NCBI RefSeq assembly: GCF_006345805.1
Contig: NC_043005.1
Location: forward strand, 27,404,001-27,468,000
Length of the DNA: 64,000 nt
Direction of reading: 5' to 3'
From: Octopus sinensis
Lineage: Eukaryota
Positions 1 through 12,602 of the stretch are shown here, piece by piece. The translations under genes were made by a program, and so were the position numbers. The notes beneath the pieces were generated by a model that worked only from the letters and a program-made list of their open reading frames with translations, did not search any database and had not been told where the DNA came from. Within the stretch, counting starts at the first letter, position 1. Every line of letters begins with the position of its first letter.

Positions 1-106
1 AAGCAAAGTCAACCTCGGCAGAATTTGAACCCACAACATGATGACAGTTGAAATACTGCTAAACATTTTGCCCGGCATGCTAACGATTCTGCCAGCTCAC
101 CACCTT
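1..106 (-). mobile_element. tRNA-derived SINE family B, 5' part (cut by window edge)
   Basis: Reverse complement reads aaggtggtgagctggcagaatcgttagcatgccgggc...gggttcaaattctgccgagg, with A-box and B-box like motifs; matches better-preserved copies at 51185-51364 and 52666-52888. Confidence 0.8.
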
Positions 107-463
107 AATAATAAAAATAATAATAAGAAGAAGAATAACAACAACAACAAGAGCAACAAGCAGTTGTAATTAGTGAAAGAAGCAAAATGACTAGTCCTGT
201 GCTTGCATGTGTATGTATGCATGCATGAATGAATGCATGTGTGTGCTTATATGTAAGAACATGTATTGATGTGTGTGTGAGCGTATGTGTGTATGCTGAG
301 TCAACAGAAACTGAGGTTTTATATTTATCAATGATGGCAAAAGGTCAGATATAGACATACAGTGGCTCTGTTGTATGATTCACAGTGGCACCCTACCTAC
401 GCACATGGGTACGTGTGTGGGTGAGTGACTGTGTGTATACATATGTATGTATGTGTGTGTGTA

Positions 464-512
<49 letters not shown>

Positions 513-769
513 ATAACATACATTTATACGTGTACAAATAAATGTATGTTATGCATGTCAGTGCCTATCTACGTATGGATATATATATAAATATACACAC
601 ATGTCAACACACCACGTCTGCTTTCTCATACTGCCAAAGGCTGTTTACAGTTTCTGAGGTAGTGTTTTTACGGCTTGGTGCCCTTCCTGCTGTCCATCCT
701 TTCTTTTATCTTTACCACATACAAGAATGCCAGAGTACAGATTTCAAAACCAGGATAGAGATGGCAATG

Positions 770-1075
770 CAGTCTTCCCTCAACTATCGTGAGTGTTACA
801 TTCCAAACCCAACCCCGCTACGATAGGTGAAAATTTAAAAATTAGAAACAGTACAGTACTCTCTCTCCTTCTCTCTCTTTTACTTGTTTCAGTCATTTGA
901 GTGCGGCTATGCTGGAGCACCGCCTTTAATCGAGCAACTCGGCCCCGGGACTTATTCTTTGTAAGCCCAGTACTTATTCTATCGGTCTCTTTTGCCGAAC
1001 CGCTAAGTGACAGGGACATAAACACACCAGCATCGGTTGTCAAGCAATGCTAGGGGGACAAACACAGACACACAA

Positions 1076-1108
<33 letters not shown>

Positions 1109-1416
1109 CATATATACGACGGGCTTCTTTCAGTTTCCGTCTACCAAATCCACTCACAAGGCTTTGGTCGGCCCGAGGCTATAGTAGAAGACACTTGCCC
1201 AAGGTGCCACACAGTGGGATTGAACCCGGAACCATGTGGTTGGTAAACAAGCTACTTACCACACAGCCACTCCTTACTGTATATTTTTTCTTCTTTTTTT
1301 TTATAATTTGTATATATTTATTTTATCATAAACGCAAAACAACACCACGGAGGATTCGACGTAAGCTTACATAATAAACCGCGATAGGTGAACTGCAATA
1401 TGGTGAGGGATTACTG
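770..1416 (+). mobile_element. Tigger/pogo-like MITE interrupted by a SINE A insertion
   Basis: Left end cagtcttccctcaactatc, right end reverse complement cagtaatccctcaccatattgc followed by TA; an uninterrupted partial paralog lies at 39895-40026. Confidence 0.6.
875..1273 (-). mobile_element. tRNA-derived SINE family A, near full length, young
   Basis: Head ggagtggctgtgtggtaag...ccgggttcaatccc (A/B boxes), internal (TA)n/(TG)n linker, 3' tail ...cagcatagccgcactcaaatgactgaaacaagtaaaagag; CpGs retained. Confidence 0.9.
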
Positions 1417-1417
1417 T

Positions 1418-1471
<54 letters not shown>

Positions 1472-1808
1472 ATACACATACACACGTGTATAGGTACAGG
1501 TGTAGTGGTTAAGAAGCTAGCTTCCCAATAGTAGGATTTTAGTTTCAATTACACTTTGGGCAAGTGTCATCTATTATAGTCCTGGACCAACTAAACCCTT
1601 GTAAGTGGGTTTAGCAGATGGAAACAAAAAGAAGCCTACCATGTGTGTGTGTGTGTGAGTGTGAATCCATGATACTTCACTTGTTTATGAGTGATTTTGA
1701 TTGGTTTCTGTCCTACATGGAGAAATATTAACCTGCTTGGAAAGAAGTTAAGGGGTGGCAACCAGTAGAGCAACCAACTATAGAAAATCTGCCTCAATGA
1801 ATTCCAAT

Positions 1809-1948
1809 CCCAGGACTTATTCTTTGTAAGTCTGGTACTTGTTCTATCAGTCTCTTTTGCCGAACTGTTAAGTTGCAGGGACATTAACAAACATATACAC
1901 ATACATATATATCCATATACACACACACACACACATACATACATATAT

Positions 1949-2000
<52 letters not shown>

Positions 2001-2193
2001 TATATATACACACATACACACACACACATATATATATATGACAGGCTTCTTTCAGTTTCCATCCACCAATTCCATTCTCAGGCTTTCGTCAGCCCTAGGC
2101 TATGACACTTGCCCAAGGTGCCATGCAGTGGGACTGCACTCGGAATCATGTGGTTGGTAAGCAAGCTACTCATTACACAGCCACTCCTGCGCC
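1809..2193 (-). mobile_element. SINE family A copy (3' end truncated)
   Basis: Collinear with 875-1273; head ends ccactcctgcgcct on the plus strand. Confidence 0.85.
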
Positions 2194-2229
<36 letters not shown>

Positions 2230-2949
2230 TCCATAAACATTCAAGAGAATGTGAACTATATTTTTTTAAGGAATATTTTGAAGTAGACACCTGAAGCTAT
2301 TTATAATAAAATAAAGATAAAGAACCTGATGAATGAATTGAAGGAGAGAAGAAATGAAGGAACTGGTGTGTGAATGAAGGGGCAGAGGAAGGAGTGAATG
2401 AAGGGGCAAAGGAAGGAGTGAATGAAGGAATACACAAATGAAGAAATGAAGCAATACACCATATAGATAAAGAGATGAGGGGGGTGGGAGGAGGTGGAGA
2501 GACATGGATATACAAAGAGATTATCACTTTTAGTCTTGACAAATTTATAGTGGACTGGAATAAAATGAAAGAATTGTTCTTAAAATGCTTCCTGTAGAGG
2601 ATTCAGTAGGTGCCGGGGGGGGGGGTAGTAGTAGTAGTTGGTGTGGGCGGATGATGAAGATAGCCTGGTGTCCAAGGGAGTAGAACCGAACTGAGGATGA
2701 ATGGCATGGCATGTATGATGGTGATGTGGGATTGTATGTGTGTGTGTGTGTGTGTGGTAGTGATGATAACTGCTGGTGGATACTTATGTGTGTATGATGG
2801 TGATGATTAGTGCATGTGTGTGTACACATGATAATGATAAACAAAGGGATGTATGTGTAAGATGATGATGCTGGTGATGATGACCATTATCACCCACAGG
2901 GGTGAAGCGGCAGTGGGGGTGAGGTTAGCCGTTTCTCCTTTTACTTTAA

Positions 2950-3219
2950 GTCATCTACGACCCCCACCTACCCACCATCTCATCCATATTCATTCATCCT
3001 CTCTGTCCTCATCACCAACCATCACCCCCTTCTCCCCCACCTCCTCCTCCTCCATCTCTATCAACTCTACTATTTCAGTTTCTATTTATTTTGGACAAAG
3101 ACATTTTATCTCCAGAAAAAGTGGGTACATTGGTGGCATTGTGGTTGGGGTGGTGGAGGATGTATAAAAAGAGTGGAAGGTGGAGAAGTTGAACTAGAAT
3201 CAGAAGGGTCCCAACCACC

Positions 3220-3250
<31 letters not shown>

Positions 3251-3282
3251 CCACCAACACCACCACCACCACCACCACCAAA
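2950..3282. repeat. Low-complexity CAC/CAT/GGT triplet repeat tract
   Basis: (CCA)n and (CAT)n runs; source of spurious poly-P/poly-V ORFs. Confidence 0.8.
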
Positions 3283-4893
3283 TAATTCACTTCTCTTGAC
3301 ACATACACATTTGTGGACCCAATCAAGCCAAGATATGTGTGGGTGTGGGTGCATGTGTATATGTAAAAATGTGTGTGTGTGTAAAAATGTATGTGTATAT
3401 ATGCGTGTGTGTTTATAAATCCATATACATGTCTCTGTGCATGTACGCATATATAAATATGCACATGTGTGTGTGTGTGTGTGTGCGTGTGTAAATAAGA
3501 GAGAAGTGTTCCTTTTGTTCAAACAGACTTCTTAATATAGCTGGCTACCAGAAATGATTGTGTAGGTGGAAGTGGTACTTAACGAGGACATAACAACAAC
3601 AACACCATTCTACTACTGCGGCTGCTACTAAATTACAGTCCAGTTCTTCATTGACTCTTGTAACTAAACACCAACAAACAAGGAAAATGCTTGAGTTTTT
3701 TCTTCTTTTTTTTTTTATAAAACAGATAGGTTTTTGTTAAGGTGAATGGCAATAGTCAACACCACCACCATTACTATTACAACTACTACTACTACTACTA
3801 CTACAACTACTACACTAGTTTGATACATTAGAGATAAAATTACAGTAAAATTTAGTGGTAGCAATAATGTGGTTCCTAAGGAGATTATTAGGGACAAATA
3901 TATACACACCCCTGATGTTAAATACATTTGTACATACAAATTTATCTTATCATTATTGTCAAACAATGATGATGATAATGATTATGATGTGTGTGGGTGG
4001 GTGTGTAGAATCGTTATCATCATTTTAATGTCCATTTTCCCATGCTCTCAAGTGGAATTTGTTTAAGCAGATTTTCTGCAGTTAATTGTTTTTCCCCGTC
4101 ACCAACCCTCGCTCGTTTCCAAATAAAATATGTTCACATGGAAGATTTCCGAAATGCAAATCACTAGAAGGACAAGGACAAAGAGTAGTATATAGGTTGA
4201 GAAGACAGATTGCTGGGAGTCGTTGAGAGGGCATCTTGGAATCTCATGAAATACATCGTGTGAAGACATTGGTTTTGCTTCCACATTGTTAAATTATATA
4301 TCCAAAGTTTATCTAGCATACAGAATATATGAGATCTAATGCTCTTAGCTTAGACTTTTTTGGGGGCAACCAAACTGATCCATCTCAAGTGTAACTGCCC
4401 GAAATGGTCATGACATCTGGTACCTGACTGAAGAAAGAAAGCCAAGAATGACCCATCTTTTTGTGTGTCCTTCTAATTGTTGTTTGTCTTGTCTGCCTTT
4501 GTATAGTCTATCAGTCCAAATGTTTTAATGTCCTCTATTACATTTTTGTTCCATTTATACACACACACACAAGAGTTAAGGAATGGAATAGATAAGATCT
4601 GGACTACATATGTTTCATAGCGAGTGGAACCTTGGAAATGGTAAATATCCAAGTGAGGCGTATACTGCAGGCTAGTCATCAGACCAAGGGTATATTGATT
4701 GAGTAAAAGTTTACATTGTTGCAAGGGGGTACATGTTAAAACATGGAAGATTCAATCAGAATATATATACACACACACACATATAATGGAATTCTTCTTT
4801 CAGTTTCCACCTTTCAAATCCACTCACAAGGCATTGGTTGGCCTGGGTCTATAATACACAAAACCATGCCTGCACGCACACACACATCTACAT

Positions 4894-4932
<39 letters not shown>

Positions 4933-4935
<3 letters not shown>

Positions 4936-5295
4936 TCATCATCATCATCATCATTTAGCGTCCGTTTTCCATGCTAGCATGGGTTGGACGGTTCTACTGG
5001 GGTCTGTGAAGCCAGAAGGCTTCATCAGGCCCAGTCAAATCTGGCAGTGTTTCTACGGCTGGATGCCCTTCCTAACGCCAACCACTCCGTGAGTGTAGTG
5101 GGTGCTTTTTACGTGCCACCCGCACTGGTGCCAGACAGAGCTGGCAAACGGCCACGAACGGATGGTGCTTTTTATGTGCCACCGGCACGAGGGCCAGGCG
5201 AGGCTGGCAACGGACACGAAACGGGGCGGTGCTGGCAACGGTCGCGAAACGGAAAGTTCTCTTACATGCCACCGGCACTGGTAACACATCTGCAA
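4933..5295 (-). mobile_element. RTE-clade LINE 3'-UTR copy (family C) with (ATG)n tail and repeated hairpin units
   Basis: Matches 38930-39228, which directly follows the RTE ORF; ends ...ccaacccatgctagcatggaaaacggacgctaaatgatgatgat on the minus strand. Confidence 0.85.
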
Positions 5296-5329
5296 TTTCC
5301 ATTGATCGATTTCCATGATCGATTTCGAT

Positions 5330-5394
<65 letters not shown>

Positions 5395-6262
5395 TACATA
5401 CATACATACACACACATCTACTTACACACACAAACACACACTGGTGGTATCTGCCTAGACAAATACTTGTTTACATTTCGATAAATAAGCCATCAACTAC
5501 TAGAAATAATCATGAGTTTGTTAAAAGAAATGTGAAGGAATTTTAATGACTTATTTTATGAAATATCAATGAAACCACTGAGTTAAACTCTCGTCCACAG
5601 CTGACAGAATGGCTCTGTTGCAAATATTCAGAAAGAGAAATGTGAGATAGTGAGAGAAAAACTTTCCTATCAAGAGTCTATACTTTAAGCGTTAGCATTT
5701 AGAGTACTCTAAATGCACATTGGTTTTGAACTAATCCTGTATTAATTACCTCATAGCTTCAAAATTTAGATGTGGTAGTTATCATTTAGAATGACATTGT
5801 GGTGAAGGAATGAGAGGCTGAATCTGGCCATTCCAACCTAAAACATGTAGAACAAGAGCACTCAAATACCGAAGGCAGAGTAAAATATAGTGTTTTATAG
5901 AAGCTAAAAAAAAAACTTCTCAACTGTTTCATACAAACGATCTGTCTGATGATCAGATGAGCAGAACTTTCAATAGCAATTTGTGAAGTTTGTCAGCTTC
6001 AAAAAAGCATAGCATTTACACAACATAGAAAATGTTATTGGTTGTCTTACGCTTCAATATAGAGATGTTTCAACGAAGCAGCAGTTTACTCCTTCAGTAT
6101 TTTAGTAATGGCCCATGCATGCAAGCACACAATTATATACCACCCATCTGCAAACTCACACAAAAACAACTACTGATACAAAATACAAGAAAAGAAAGTG
6201 ACCAGCTAACATGCACTTTGCTAAGAGAATCTTTAAGCAGAAAGGTAAAAATATGAAAAACA

Positions 6263-6425
6263 GGCACAGGAGTTGCTGTGTGGTAAGTAGTTTGCGAACC
6301 AACCACATGATTCCAGGTTCAGTCCCACTGTGTGGCACCTTGGGCAAGTATCTTCTACTATAGCCTCGGGCCAACCAAAAGCCTTGTGAGTGGATTTGGT
6401 AGATGGAAACTGAAAGAAGCCCGTC

Positions 6426-6470
<45 letters not shown>

Positions 6471-6674
6471 GTGACTTTGGACACATACAACGTCGCTTGA
6501 CAACCAATGTTGGTGTGTTTACATCCCTGTAAGTTAGCAGTTCAGCAAACAAGACCCATAGAATAAGTACTAGGCTTACAAAGAATAAGTCCTGGGGTCA
6601 ATTTGCTCAACTAAAGGTGGTGCTCCAACATGGCCACAGTCAATATGACTGAAACAAGAAAAAGAGCAAAAGAG
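6263..6674 (+). mobile_element. SINE family A, full length
   Basis: aggcacaggagttgctgtgtggtaag head, internal (TG)n, tail cagtcaatatgactgaaacaagaaaaagag. Confidence 0.9.
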
Positions 6675-7265
6675 TAAAAAAAAAAAAGAAATCTTTTTTC
6701 TTTTTTTTTCATAAATTTAAAAACCACCATGTTAAACTATTGGCCATTCTGATGCTGTCTTAAATTCCAGTGATGGAAGCCAGTGCTTGAATTCAACTCT
6801 TAATATGCCAATAACATACATAAATATGTCCAATCATAGAGACAAAAGGTGACAATATTATTTTAGAAGCCAGCATCAACCTATTTAACAGAAAGTGATT
6901 TCATGATACCTTGTTTTACATCACTGAAATGACTTAAATATTTCAATATTTATTTATAGATCTATACACACACAATATATATATATATATATACATGTGT
7001 GTGTGTGTGTATACCTATATGTAGAGAGAGAGAGAGAGAGAAAGAACATTAAAAAAACGTGTGTGTGTGTGTACATGCACACACCACACTTATTGTATAT
7101 TTTCTCTTTTTATTTTCTGCGTAAATCCATGTCATAATAATTATCGCGAAATGTATGTCAGTCAGGCAGAGTGGTGTGCAGAGGGATGGAGAGGGGGAGT
7201 AGAAAAAGTATAGATGGTGAGGGAGAAGAGAGGAGGAGGAGGTGTGGTTGTAGAGATTGTGTGTA

Positions 7266-7299
<34 letters not shown>

Positions 7300-7794
7300 T
7301 GGGGTAGCAGTGGTGGTGGGGTGCCCACGCTGGTTATATTGCACTCAATAGCACAGATTAACATAAGAGAGAGAGAGAGAGGTAAATGGGTGTATGAGAG
7401 AGAGAGAGAAAGACAGAGAGGATAATCTGCGAAGTAGAAAACAATAAGGATTAGTGGAAATACAGTTTCATTAGGTTTAATCCAGACAGTCCACATGGTG
7501 AATTAACACCTGTTATTACAGATCAATCGATAGTCTGAGACAAAACTCACACCTCCTAACTTGCACTGTCCATTCCATTCTCATTATTCTTCGTAGCTTT
7601 TAGCTGCACAAAGAAAATCGTTTTCTTTTTATTTATTTTTTTACATGCTTCTTGTTTCTTATTATTATTCATTAATATTTACAGTAATTACAATAGAAAG
7701 AGGGGTGGGTGGAGGTAGTAAGCATTTCTCTCCCTACATACATATATATGTGTATGTGTATATATACATACATACACACACACACGTATGTACA

Positions 7795-7880
<86 letters not shown>

Positions 7881-7882
7881 GT

Positions 7883-7914
<32 letters not shown>

Positions 7915-8151
7915 TGTATATATATATATGTGTATATGTGTGTGTGTATATATATATATATATGTATATATAAATAGATGAGTGTATTTCTACCTTGTTA
8001 ACAATTAACACAGAAAAAAAAAATAAATAGTTAAAAATATTTGATTTACACCTGCGTTAAACTCCATTTATTTATTCATATATGTGTATATATATATATA
8101 TATATTATATATATATACATACACACATATATAAAAAATAAATGCACACTT

Positions 8152-8390
8152 TTAAAGCCTAGCCAGGCTCATGGGCCCGGTTTCCCAGTTTCAATCGCGT
8201 ATGTGTTCCCCAGCTGGACAAGACGCCAGTCCATCGCAGCGTTACTCATTTTTGCCAGCTGAGTGGACTGGAGAAGCATGAAATGAAGTGTTTTGCTCAA
8301 GAACACAATGCATCGCCTGGTCCAGGAATCGAAACCACAATCTTACAATCATGATGCTGACACCCTAACCACTAAGCCACACACCTCCAC
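8152..8390 (-). mobile_element. tRNA-derived SINE family D (CORE-like central block)
   Basis: Reverse complement: gtggcttagtggttagggtg (A box), ggtttcgattcc (B box), tgttcttgagcaaaacacttcatttca; related copies at 29495-29577, 47563-47727 and 62290-62540. Confidence 0.75.
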
Positions 8391-8422
8391 ACACACACAC
8401 ACACATATATATATATGTATGT

Positions 8423-8480
<58 letters not shown>

Positions 8481-8572
8481 TATATTATATATATACACAT
8501 ATTCATACACACATATGAATATATATATATATTCACACAAACACATATATACACATATGAATATATATTCTT

Positions 8573-8747
8573 TCTTTTACTTTCTTTTATTCGTTTCAGT
8601 CAGTTGACTGCGACCATGCTGGAGCACCGCCTTTAGTCGAACAAATCAATCCCAAGACTTCTTTGTAAGCCTAGTACTTATTCTATCAGTCTCTTTTGCT
8701 GAACCATTAAGTTACGGGGATGTAAACGGGGGGACAAACAGAGACAC
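8573..8747 (-). mobile_element. SINE family A, 3' half only
   Basis: ttttacttttc...ttcagtcagttgactgcgaccatgctggagcaccgcc matches the family A tail. Confidence 0.8.
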
Positions 8748-8923
8748 TTAAGGGATATTTGCCTGTTTGTGACATAAGGGATATTTGCCTGTTTGTGACT
8801 TAAGGGATATATGCCTATTTGTGACGTAGGGGATATTTGCCTGTTTGTGACTTAAGGGATATTTGCCTATTTGTGACGTAGGAGATATTTGCCTGTTTGT
8901 GACATAAGGGATATTTGGCTGTT
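8748..8923. repeat. 26-bp minisatellite, about 6.7 copies
   Basis: Unit (t/a/g)ta(a/g)gggatatttgcct(g/a)tttgtgac repeated head-to-tail at 8748, 8774, 8800, 8826, 8852, 8878, partial at 8904. Confidence 0.95.
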
Positions 8924-9374
8924 ATATCTAGCAAGGTGAGCAACCAGGTACACCCCCCAAATTTTGGCTTGCAGCTCATTGCTGATGTTGTTGGAATTAT
9001 TGTTACACTAGTTACAAAAGATACATAAGGAATGATAGTTATGCTTAGTGAAGTTTTGTACCTAGGAAACCATCAACTTCTTACCATCGAGAGGGGAGCG
9101 TACACTTTGGTACAACCCACAATACAATCATAAAGTCCTTTTCTATTCTAATAGAATCAAATACATTAGTTTTTTTTAATAACTATATATGAACACATAC
9201 ACACACACACACATTTGTATATGTTAAGTCAAAATGCATGACATAATCAGTGTTTAGAATTTCATGCAATTCAGTCAAGATTTCCTGCTACTGGTTTCCA
9301 TGGTTATAAAGATCACCGAGTATCTACAGAGAAAGCTAGACTAGGGAGTATGTTCTGAGACTCTTTACTTACAG

Positions 9375-9456
9375 GATCCTTATGCGAGTGAATACATCAA
9401 CTCTGATGATGCGAAGATGTGATAATTATATAAAGCCAGACTACACTGGAACACAT
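9375..9456 (+). other. Candidate exon, unidentified gene (weak)
   Basis: Acceptor ctctttacttacag and donor CAT|gtaagg; frame 0 gives DPYASEYINSDDAKM*, another frame is open (ILMRVNTSTLMMRRCDNYIKPDYTGTH); no recognised homology. Confidence 0.2.
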
Positions 9457-9540
9457 GTAAGGACACGACGAGTAATTTATTTCAGAACAAACTCTCCAAC
9501 CTTGTTTCATACGATACTGCATAATATATGAATGTGTGTG

Positions 9541-9736
9541 TGTCTGTGTTTGACCCCCCCAAAAATCACTTGACAACTGATGCTGGTGTGTTTACACCGT
9601 ACTTAGAGGTTCGGCAAAAGCGACCGATAGAATAAGTAGTAGGCTTACAAAGAATAAGCCCTAGGGTTGATTTGCTCAGCAAAAAGAGGTGCTCCAGCAT
9701 GACCACAGTCAAGTGACTGAGACAAGTAAAAGAATA
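9541..9736 (+). mobile_element. SINE family A, 3' half only
   Basis: cacttgacaactgatgctggtgtgttt...cagtcaagtgactgagacaagtaaaag. Confidence 0.8.
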
Positions 9737-10432
9737 CAAAAGAATATATATACATGTGACATCATCATTCTGCATGTGTTTTCCACATGATGAAATGTCT
9801 CACAGTTTGTTGTGGTCCTTCCTCATCTGGACTCAATAATGAAAATCTCAACTAAACCATGAGAATTACATGTCACATATTTTGCCATTGCTTTTAAAGC
9901 TAGCCACTCTTCCCATGACAAATTACTTTACAACAAATCCTGAGAGTATTTTATTGAACCAGTCACCCACAACCGGTTTCTCTTTTCTGTAATTCAAAGT
10001 TAATGCTCTCTTAGGTACATTGCCTGTACAGTAGATTGCAGAGTCCAGCTTTCCACTATTTGTTTCTTCTTAAGTTTACTATATCCACTATAGTTGCTAA
10101 GTCCATGCTGTAGCACAACCTTCTGAGCCAAATGTTGTCTTTTTTATTGTGTGTGTCTGTGTGTCTCTGTATATGACTACAGATCCAGTGCTTTTGTATG
10201 ACTTATCTGCATACATGTGACTATACAAATTATTGAAGGACAAGGAAATAAGAATTACATAATCAACTACATTAGCTTACAGCTGTTTCTGCTACAAGGA
10301 GAAGTGCACTCAGAGCTGAGTGCTTGAGCAAAGTCCTTTAGCTTCCTCAGAGCCATTAAAATGAAGTGTATGTTTATTTCAGAAAGCATTTAAATACATA
10401 GAAATGATTAGCCTCCTTCCCTTCTTCTATTA

Positions 10433-10518
<86 letters not shown>

Positions 10519-10860
10519 GAATGAATTTAGACACAAAGCCGCCAATTGCCTGATTCAGCAAGCAGGATGTATTTAAGTAGCTTCAACATCACCTTGAAAA
10601 CTGCAGAGGAGGGTGGGACTGAATGAGAGAGTAGACTTAATAACTATAACTAGTACATATTGCTTTTCAAGTGGTTCCTAGTGTGTGTGTGTGTGTGTTA
10701 TACACACACACATACACACGTTCATTAGAAAACTGATGATTCATTCTGTTATTAGTCAAATTCTAATTTTCTCACAATCTCAGATCTTTCAGGTGAAATA
10801 AAGATGAATAAATACTATACTACACTTTGACTTTGCTTTCTGCCATTTATACATGTAAAC

Positions 10861-10908
<48 letters not shown>

Positions 10909-11199
10909 ATATATATATACATACATACATACTTGGAAAAGGATGCTTGGCGTTCGATCATATAATATAAATAATATATAATTATATGCATATACACATA
11001 CATATATGTACATTATTTTGTATATATACATGCATATATGGGTACAGGACATCAAAAAAACATTGAACACAATGGGAAACGAAAACATAAAAACAAAAAC
11101 ATGGAAACAAACTTTTTTTTTCAAACGAAAAAAAAACAGAGTACTGTTTTTTCGTTGCATATATATATATATAATGTCATAATATATTTTTCTTTTATT

Positions 11200-11380
11200 T
11201 CTTTTACTTGTTTCAGTCATTTGACTGCGGCCATGCTGGAGCAAACAGTCCCCACCGGACTTATTTTTTTGCTGAACCGCTAAGTTGAGGGGAGATAAAC
11301 ACACCAGTATCAGTTGTCAAGCGATGCTGGGGGGAAGGGAGGGGGGTAAACACAGACACGCAAACTTATACACACACACA
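11200..11380 (-). mobile_element. SINE family A 3' half with internal deletion
   Basis: cttttacttgtttcagtcatttgactgcggccatgctggagca, then ttttgctgaaccgctaag. Confidence 0.75.
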
Positions 11381-11630
11381 TCCTAGAAGATGCAAATGCA
11401 GGCATTCACATGGTTTTATATTTATGGCATTCTAATTACCAGAAACATTATTATTTTCAGCCAGAAACTGAAAACTGTGGAGCCAGCCACCTGCTTTTCT
11501 CATTTCCAGAGGTATATTCAAACAAAATCGCACCCATTAAAGCATACGGGCTTGTTCAAATGATTAAAATAGAATAGTGGAACATTTTATCATGTAGTCC
11601 TAGATATATTGTATCTCAACTATAAAGGCT

Positions 11631-12007
11631 GGACAAGGAGTGGCTGTGTGGTAAGACGCTTGTTTCCCAACCACATGGTTCTAAGTTCAGTCCCACTGTG
11701 TAGCACTTTGGGCAAGTGTCTTTTACTACAGCCTCGGGCCAACCAAACCCTTATGAGTAGATTTGGTAGACAGAAACTGAAAGAAGCCCATCGTGTGTGT
11801 GTATCTATGTGACTGTGTTTGTTTCCCCACCATCACTTGACAATCAATGTTTAGTGTGTTTACGTCCCCATACTTTAGCAGTTCGGCAAAAGAGACTTAT
11901 AGAATAAGTACTAAGCTTACAAAGAGTAAATCCTGGGGTTGATTTCTTCAACTAAAAGGCGGTGCTCCAGTATGGCTGCAGTCAAATAACTGAGACAAGC
12001 AAAAGAG
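11631..12007 (+). mobile_element. SINE family A, full length
   Basis: ggagtggctgtgtggtaag head through ggcggtgctccagtatggctgcagtcaaataactgagacaagcaaaagag. Confidence 0.9.
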
Positions 12008-12386
12008 TGAAACAACACTGCCAATGCATGTATGTGTAATCACATTTACATATCTTCATCACCTCCTCCTCCATCATCATCAGTTGTAGGTTTTATTGAC
12101 ATTATTTCACAGCTGGATGCTCTTCTTGTCACCAACCCTTGTTTTTATAGTAAGATATTGTTTTTATTCCACAAATTCTCACACAGCAAAGCCAAAGAAG
12201 CTGCCTTGCTACAACTTGTACCAAAAGGTGTCATATGCAAATATATGTGGAAATAAAAGTCAACACACAGTCACATACCATCATAACCATCATCATTTTG
12301 AAAGGGAGCTGGCATAGAGATAAAAAAAAAAAAAACCCATCCAACTCATGCTAGCATGGAGAGCAGACATTAAATGATGATGAGGA

Positions 12387-12434
<48 letters not shown>

Positions 12435-12602
12435 CCAAGACAGTTAGAGGTTGTGAATCCAACCAACTAAGGGATAATATCTATCCAATATACTACTGGT
12501 AGAATACCCAATTATCAATACACAAATGTTGGTTATTGCATGACAATTACCTTACTAAATATAATAACCAGGCGAGGGTAATAAGTGGTTTTGCCCTTAA
12601 TT

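Noticed and set aside
4099-4284. ORF MEAKPMSSHDVF... and alternative frames containing SDLHFGNL
   Set aside because: The motif resemblance to metallophosphoesterase/kinase loops is too short, and no consistent splice pair gives a recognisable protein
6263-6345. tRNA gene calls for SINE heads
   Set aside because: A/B boxes are present, but there is no complete cloverleaf and each head continues into a repeat body seen in many copies
8748-8923. CRISPR-like appearance of regular short repeats
   Set aside because: Units are directly adjacent with no unique spacers, there are no cas genes, and the context is eukaryotic
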